This document shows positions 13,501 to 22,500 of a stretch of 64,000 nucleotides of DNA, piece after piece. How positions within the stretch are numbered: position 1 is the stretch's first letter; each line of letters begins with the position of its first letter. The notes below the pieces were generated by a model that saw nothing but the letters and a program-made list of their open reading frames with translations, did no database searches and was not told the origin of the DNA. The position numbers and the translations under genes were made by a program. The stretch is from Phallusia mammillata. Taxonomy: Eukaryota. The stretch is from assembly GCA_965637545.1 (NCBI GenBank), contig OZ281494.1, forward strand, positions 12,152,001-12,216,000, read 5' to 3'.

Positions 13501-16500
13501 CCTTGCGAATCGCTTCATTGCAACGGAGCGACGCTGGCAAATACACTTGTAGGGCTGGGAGTGTAGAAGGTTCAGTTGAACAAAGCACTCATGTTTTTGT
13601 GACCGGTAAGATTTAATTGCTTAAAAACTTTGCATATTGGTGAAATTTTTGAATCCACATTTTTATTGTTAAGACGGCTGTAATATATTACTTCCATAGC
13701 TGTTTGTGAAATAGTATAGCTTAAAAATTAATTTTTGTGTTATGGTTTGTAGCTCCGCCACAGTTTGTTGAATCACCTCAAGACGCCACAGAACGCGAGG
13801 GTGAAAATGTTTTGTTTAAATGCAAAGCAGATGGATACCCGACAAACATTACTTACAGGTATGTTATGCTACAACAATTAATATGCAATAAACACGAAAA
13901 ATTTGAGCAAGAGTGTTTAATGGTACAACTGCTTTTTTAAATCCAGTAAGATAATTAATTTAGCTCTTTTACAAACTTACAAAAATCACAAAAAGTAAAA
14001 TTTTTACCATTTTTATCTATAGTTGGTTTCACAATGGGGTTCTTGTCACCGGGAATTCCCCGCGTAAGAAGATCCCACAATCAGGAACTTTGGTCATATG
14101 GAATCTGAAATCAGTGGACCGTGGTCAGATCACGTGCCAAGCGAGCAACGGTTACGGTCGAGCGCCCTCCGTGACTGCTTCACTGACAGTGCTATGTGAG
14201 TAACATAAATTTGTAACTCAGTCATGCAAGTGCGATATTCCCATTGTGGTCTACGCACCGTTATGTTGACTTTATTTGGTAAAATATCACCGATTCTAAT
14301 CGTGGGTGTTTTTTGCTTAGCGTTTCAGGTAAACTAATTTTATTCGTTCTGTGTAGATACAAGAGTACTAATTTGACAATCTATAAACGAGAGCCAGCCT
14401 ATTGTGTCCGTTTTCCTATGAAACGTGGGACTAAATTATTTCTGAGTAGCTCTCAGATTCTAATTTTAACAAGGTTACCCATAAAACACTCCCATGACTA
14501 ACAAACCCATCAACCTCTACAGAGTCATTTTAATATGTTACTACGTTTCTGAAACGAAAGACTTCTGCATAACTTTGCATGTTGAAACAATTTTCCTTTT
14601 GCCAACTTTTATTTCAATGATACAAACCGGTTACAGCGTTTGCTTGATTCTTTTCCGGCTTTCCAGTCAAAAGTCAATTCCTATCCATAACGTTTTCCGA
14701 TCAATATACGCTTCTGAGGGCGCAGAGCGGTATTTTACAATCAAGCGACTTATGACGTCACAATCAGCGTTGATTGCAACAAACGTCATCTAAATCCCAA
14801 ACGACTGCCTTGTGGGAAACATAAAACGTTTAATTATAATAAAGGGATAGCGGGATTTTCTTCACACAAAGGGCGAAAGATTTTTATTAAAGTCTCAAGG
14901 AATATGTGTGCTTGGAATATGTCATTTGGAAAAGTGCATGTTTTGAAAAAAATAGCTATCAATATATTAATTTATTAACCAGTTTAGTTGAATTTTAATA
15001 ATGGTGCTTTGTTAGTACGTTATCCTCGTAGGACAAGATTTGCAAAAATGGTTGAACTTTAAAGTAGAATAGGTCACGTGGAACGAAAACTTGATTGCGT
15101 AATCCCGGCTGCATTTAAATCTCATACCAGTGGTAAAACCTGTCATACCGAAGGCAACTCGTAAACAAACACGTTAAGCGTAATGATGTTGTGATAACAT
15201 AAGATCGTGTATCTACGCCAACAGCTACTGTACCATAAGTCGATGTGGCTGCCGCTTTTAAGCTATAGCGAATTCTGAAATCCCGGTAGAATGCAGATAA
15301 TCCGCCCACGCCGGGTGACAATTGACGAGTTTAATAAACTTTAATTAGTTGCGCCGTGCTTTTCTCTTTAGCGACCACGTGGATTTTAAGCGCAGAAGGG
15401 TTCAATTAAGAAACGTTATGTTCTTTATTCTTAAACAGCAACCACATTCTTGTATTTGGCTGACGTTATGGATACATAAAGTCGTTGTACGAGTTATTTT
15501 TTAATTTTCATTTTTGAAAACCGAAAACTTGAAATAATTTTAAAGTTTAACACAAGCCTGTTGGATAAGTAGGCTACAACCTTTTTTGCTGGAAATTGAC
15601 TCCAGCTAAAATGACAAACAGCAAGTATTAATGACAAAAATGTTACAGAAACCAATATTTGGCTTCACGTTTAGGTGTAGGCCTACACTTTATATTTGTT
15701 TTTTTATATAGATGCTGCTCGGGTTGTTCGCATGCCACGAAGAGTTTTCGGTGGGATTTCTATGCCTCTAACCCTTCATTGCCCTGCAGTAGCAGATCCA
15801 CCCGTTACTAGGGTGATTTGGAAGAAAAATGGCCGAAACATTAGAATACAACAGGTGAGTAAACCGCTGGTGACAATTTATTTACATCTTTGACTTAAAT
15901 ACCAAATGGTCAAAAACCACGAATGTTGCCGAAGTACATGCAGAGGAGATTTGTTTAAGTCAAGGTTACCTAAATTGTTGTTTTAAGTTTTTCTCGAATA
16001 TCTAAGATCATTAATCTAATCATTTAGTCACAAGTTTAATGTTTTTAATCGAATAAAGAAAAGTATTCGTAATATACGACACAAAACATCATTATAAAAA
16101 CAACCCGAACTTAATAATTGACTTTATTGGAAAACTACATCAAAAAACTTCAGAACCACTGGGAAAATTCAAACTTGGTGATTAACTTTAGTGGAAACTA
16201 CACCGAAACGGTTCAGAACCACTGCACTAAAGAGATGAAATTAATAGTTTTTATGCATTTTTAGGATCCAAGGTTATCCACTGACGGCAATGGAAGTCTC
16301 ATTATCCACAACATCAGATCCAGTGACTCAGGCCCCTACACTTGCACCCCCTATAATCTTATCGGAACCCATGGGGAATCACCCGTGGTGCGCATGGTCA
16401 TCAGAGACCCACCCCGCTTCGTGGTCAGTCCCAAGAAGAAATATCGTGCAGCGGTGGGTGAAACCTTGGTAGCTCCTTGTGCTGGAATCGGCGATCCCCT

Positions 16501-19500
16501 GCCAACGGTCACTTGGCGAAAGGTGAGTGTTGCTATGGCAGTAACCACGTTAATATTATTTAGAAAAAAATGTTATAGTGAATAATCTTACAAAGTAGTT
16601 TCTTGACAGAATGTCTAGAAATTGTCTTTTTTGTTTCGTTGTTTTGTATTGTAAGGTTTCGTGCGACGATTTTTTAGTTTGGTAAACGATGTAAATTGCA
16701 TTTCCCTAACGTTTTAGCTTAAGAATGTAACAAACCGTATTGTGCGTATTAAAACATACATGTACAGTGTTAACTGGAAAAACAATTTTCGCACCGGCAT
16801 CTCAATTTCTGTTTTCGGCAGCTTCACGGTAAAACGACCGACTACTCCTACTGCATTGAGGGTGGCAACCTGAGCATTGTGTCAACCCGCAAGGAACATC
16901 ACGGCATCTGGCAGTGTGTGCTCTCCAATGCCGTCGGTGACGTCACTCGTGACGTTATGGTTGTCGTCACACGTACGTGTTTTCCTTTTTAAACTTTGAC
17001 TTGCTTAAGACAGGCTGTTAGAAATATATTAAGCTTCGTTAAACTGTACAACTCCTTTTATCGATTGCACAGGGCCTGTTTGGTGCTTCTTTGGTTATTT
17101 TCTGGCAAAGATCAATTGTTTTATTTTGGCGAAGAACGTTGTATTCCATTAGCAAACAAAAATATATTTAACGTACGTAATTCTTTACAGACACAACACC
17201 GCACGTGGTTCAGAATCTGACAGCCGAGGTTGTCGATGATTCGTCATTTCGTGTCACGTGGGAACCAAACTTCGACGGAGGTTTTCCTCAACACTTCATG
17301 ATTTGGTTAGTTTCGCAAAAAAATACTGTTGTCCAGTATCAGTTCTCAATGTAAATTTTGTCACAAACTTTTCACAGGTACAAGGAGGTGAACCAGGGCG
17401 ACAACATGTGGCGATCGGAATACAGGGGAGGTGACCAGAAGGTGGCGCTCCTCCCACAGTTAAAACCGAATACGTTTTACCAAGTTTCTGTGATGCCTGA
17501 AAACAAATTAGGAAAAGGTGCCTTTAGTCCAACTGTCACCGTCAAAACAAATGGTAAGTTATTTTTCTATTATTTTATAAGTTTATCGGTCAATGTTGTG
17601 ATTGTATATGTATGGTGGTCACAAAAATGACACACTCATATGACTATCGCACCTGGATGTAATACCCCAAGACGTACTTACGTCTATAATGATTTGATTA
17701 ATAAACGGAGAAGATTCGAACCACTAAATATTGGTTGTGATGTTACACTAAAAAATATGGGCCAAGAGGCAGTATTTAAAACCGAAATTTGAATAAACCC
17801 GCATTTGCATTTTGCAACCATAACGTTCTTGCGACAATGTTAAAATGTTCATGGCTAAAGTTACCATTAAAATTAAAATCAAGTTGTCGAATTGATGTTC
17901 CTTTTACATTTATTTTTGAACTTCAAATGGTGGGTAAGCTAACACACAATTTATTTTATATGCAGCAAGGGTAATACCTCAGTCCACTCCCTCACCTACT
18001 CTTCCATCACCATCCGGTTTGATGTCGACCACTGACGAACGCGGCCAGGTGGCGCTAGAGTGGCAACCTCTACGCAATGCTCACACCTTGCTTGGTTATG
18101 TGATCGAGTACAGGAGGATCGGTGGTGACGACACAAAGGAGGATGTGACGTCATTGAAACCGGTGCCTGCCTGGGCACAAAAAGAAACAAACAACGGTTC
18201 ACAAGGTTTGCAAATATTATAAGTGGTTGACAGGTATGAATTGAAATCCACACTCTTGCCTTAGAAAGTGGGTAACTGTTTAATTAAATGTATAAAAAAA
18301 GGTTGGTGCAAAAGCCTATCACAATTATGGTAGCAGTGGTTCCCAACTTTTTCGACGAATTCCACCTTTAACCATTCACAACATTTTTATTCCCCCTAAT
18401 ATAACACATAGCAGATGGTAAACCATACAAATATCATTTAAAATTGGGTAATTTATCAACTTCACTTGTCATTCTATTTACAAACCAAATGTAAAATTAA
18501 ATTTCTCCCTTGGGAACCACTGCAGTAGTGTTTGTTTCACTAAGCAATAACGCCATTATTTTAAACTCAAATTAATGGCATTATTAAACCATCATATCAA
18601 CACGCATTCCAGGGAATATGAAAATTAGTAACGCATGGACACTAATTGACACAATACGGGTCCCTTGAAAAATTCTGTTCATTTTCTTGTAGCGGCTACA
18701 TCGCGCACACGGAGAAGCGTCGTGGATTCGAGATGGGAAAGATTAGACACGACCCCGTTCAACGTCACTAGTTACGTCATCAAGCCAGAACAAATGTACC
18801 GTGATCAGATTTATGAATTTCATGTGTTGGCTGCCACTCGACTGGAGTACACTTTGCCGAGTGAACCCTTAAGACTATCGACTAAAGGTAAGGTAGTTTA
18901 AAATAGTTCATACAAACAACATTTTACTGCTGTTTATGTGAAAATGTTTGCACACGAAAAAGTTGTTGCAATATTAAACACCTTAGAAATTAAGGTGCTA
19001 TATACTCACGAGATTATCAATTAACTTTGCACTTAGCTGCAGACAGCACACTGTTTTGACCTATAAGGTCCCATCAGTGCAGCTGGTGACAAGACATTGG
19101 CCTTTCGAGCTAGTGGAACCAGACTGCGGCACTCCAGTTTGAACTTACGTGGTGAGAGCCATGCCTTACCACACCTCGTCTGCAGTTAACTTATCATTGT
19201 ATCGATACATTGCTTTTAACTTTTATCAATAAAAAAAATATTATCAATAATAATTATAATATCAATTATTATCAGTAAAAAACGTCCTATGCTTTTCAGG
19301 ACTTGCTGCCTACCCTTGTTTTGTGGAGAAATACACTGTTTTGCGCCACCCAGTGGTAATAGGTGTAATTACCGGATCGTTTGCAATGCTCGCTATTGTT
19401 GCGCTGATTGTTTTGTGGAGATGCCGACACAAACTTGCAAACTTAAAAAGACGAAACTCAAACAAAGAACGAAGTAAGTCTTAAATGAAAATGCTAAATG

Positions 19501-22500
19501 ATTTGTGACCAACTATAATTGAAAATTACATTAGTTTCATTTAATTTGTTGTTACATGTAAGTCATGGGCGCTGCTTATTATGGAGGCTACTGACACATA
19601 TTGTGAACTTATAGATTAAAAACTACTTTTATTTATTACAGATACTCAAAACGTTAACTCTTTCATTTCTGACGACGAAAAAAGGTGGTAAGTAAAATTA
19701 TTCGGTCGCATAGTTAACTGAAATATTAACAATGTAAGAGGTATTTCATGCAACCAATGGCCAAAAAAGCTTCGGTACACAATTCTCGGTTTAAAAAATC
19801 GTAATCAGAAACAAACCAGCCAGTAAATTAGAAAAATAATAATATACGTATTTGCTTTCAGTTGCAATGAGAGAGATCCTGTAGATCCGGACGACCATAT
19901 TATCATCAATGACGGTTTTTCTTCTCTGTCGTGCCTTGCTAGACAACAGGTCACTGTGACGTCAAAAGATAGTGACGTAATTGCTTTTGAGAAAAATACC
20001 GAGTTTTCGGAAGGTAAATGACGTTAGTATATGTTTATGCCCGTTTTGTTTAAGTTTTAAGGGCTATATTTATAATAGTCAATTACTAAAAGGGTAAATA
20101 AACGTAGTTGGAAACGTTGCAATTAATGAACCTTAAGACATGTTTTGACTTAAATACTCAATGAATACATTACCGAGCCAAGTGTGACATAAAACTGTTG
20201 TGCTGCGCAGTATTACAATAATGCACATTTAAATGGATGGGGGTCCTTAGCTTAAAACGCTACTTCGTGATCATGTACATTTACAGGCAACCGCACTAAA
20301 CAACAAGTAACGATAAATTATAATGGGACTAGTTATAAAATTTCAAAGATTTAAAGCTGTTAACTATTTGTTGCTTGTTACAAATGCCGTGTCTCCCTTT
20401 GTCCGTACTTTAACCCATAAATATTAAGTAGTTTTTACCTTTTTGTTTAGGGGAAGATTATAATGTTTTGCCTTCCCATCCCTCATCCGACAAATACATG
20501 GAAGCGGCAGGAGTAGGATTTAAAAGGAGGAGTGTGGATGAGGAGTCTGTTCGGAGGAGGAGAGAGACGGCGGCGCGGGTTCTTCAAGCTCAACAAGCGA
20601 GAAGATCACGAATTATTTCTTCATCCAGAGATGGTGAGATCTGCTTCGTAGTGTCCCTGCTTGTTTGGACAAACACACGTAGAAATGTGTTGACAACTTT
20701 ATTGCCTAAATATAATGTATTTGACTGCAGTGATTTTGCGCTACCTTGTTGCGGTTAAAAGCAAGATTGCTTCGGATGGCTACTTGTGCAAAATTTCAAG
20801 TGGTCAAATTTTCGTTTTAACATTGTTTGGTGGTGAATGGCATCAACGTAAAAAGTTTAACTTTACCAAGGGTATCTGGTAGTAAAAGCCTTCATATACC
20901 ACCAGCTTTTAACCTTAAACCAAAAATGTATTTATTTCTGTTTAGGTGCATTTCAAAGCACACCTTGCTCTGTTGAAACATCACGACCCTTGCGATTATT
21001 TCCGGTAACAAGCTCACAACTCACGAGCGCCCCCGTGAGGTTTCTCACACTTGATGATCGCCGCGACATGATGTCACCAACATGTGACCAAAACGATTCT
21101 TGCTTTGGCGTGATTTCGAGTTTTTCACCGGAATTCTCTGCGATGGACGACGACGTCATCGCAAGTTGCCACGCAACCAGCCACGTAGCCGAGCTGACGT
21201 CACAACAAGTCCCGCTCCTCGCATCTTCGCCCAATGTCAACGATGACACAGTAGTGACGTCACACACGTTGATGCATGACGCGAATTTAAGGCGACCGCG
21301 ATCACGTGCTAGTTACAGTTTTGAGCATTTTCGAGGAAGACAGCGCGCAGGCAATACGGGATCAACTTTCAATCGAAGTTTCGGTGGTGTGAAGGGTGTG
21401 TTTGATGCACCCTCGTTCGAGATTGACTGCAGTAACAGCGATATTGAAGTGAGGTACATTAGATCGACAGCCCCGCGTCCAGATGCTGGTGAAACAACGA
21501 ACAGAGATTCGATTTGCAAGATTGGTAAGATAAATAATGGAAATTTTGGCTTCACTCTCTTGCAACGTTAACAAATATAATATGTGTACTTGTAACATGT
21601 ATTTAAAATAGTGAATGTTTTACAAAACTAATAGTAAAGTGTATGTGATTAGAAACCATACGTAGTTTGTTTTTACAAGGATCAAATCTTGTGGATAAAA
21701 GTTCCGGACGGCGCTCAACTCCCAGAGTAGCTGAAATAGAGGTGAGGCAACGATAATGCTTTGTGTGTGTGCTGAGTATTTATAGGAAATTTAATTGAAA
21801 CAGATTGAAACAAGTTACCACCAATGTAGTAAATCCAGAGAAATCTCTTTAATCCACTTTGGATGTAAGATATTGTATGCAGGTTCGTTAAGACAAGACT
21901 ATACGTGTGAATAAAAGGGTTTGTTCGACTTTGCAGACTCGAATGCGAAACAAGAAACGGAATTGGAATGAAGCAGAACGCCAGAAGCGGATATCACTGG
22001 AGGCGCTATTGAGTCCTACTCATCAACAACCTCCGCAAAGATTTTCCCGGGAATTCCCCTCAAATGATACCCTGCCCAAGACCGCAATAGGATTTGCAAC
22101 GGAAATACCAGAGAGACCAAAAGAGCGCAATGAAAATATTTCGGCTTTAAATACAACATATGATGTGACTTCAAATGACGGTAATGACGTTAGTTACGGG
22201 GCAGTCCCGAAACCAACTGTGATTTCTATTTCTGATATTGCTTGGAACACCGTGCGCGAGAGCGACACTATGCGGTCGTTTGCAACACCAACGTCATCCC
22301 TATCGCCCAATCACAGCCCGGAAAAATTGACCAAAACTATTTCGCCGTCAAAACAACCTGCGTCATCGGAACCTTGGGGAAGCCTTGGGCGGCCTGCCAG
22401 ACTGAAAAACCTTTCGTTGCCTGTGACCTCTGTAGCGTCGTCACGTGACAAAGCGGGCGAGCAGAGGAGTTTGTCTTTTTCCCAGTCAAATCGTTCCGAT

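Noticed and set aside
19685-19691. Immediate stop on intron retention after the post-TM micro-exon in both genes
   Set aside because: Any phase-2 intron starting GTAA or GTGA gives a stop, so this is not evidence of a selected isoform.
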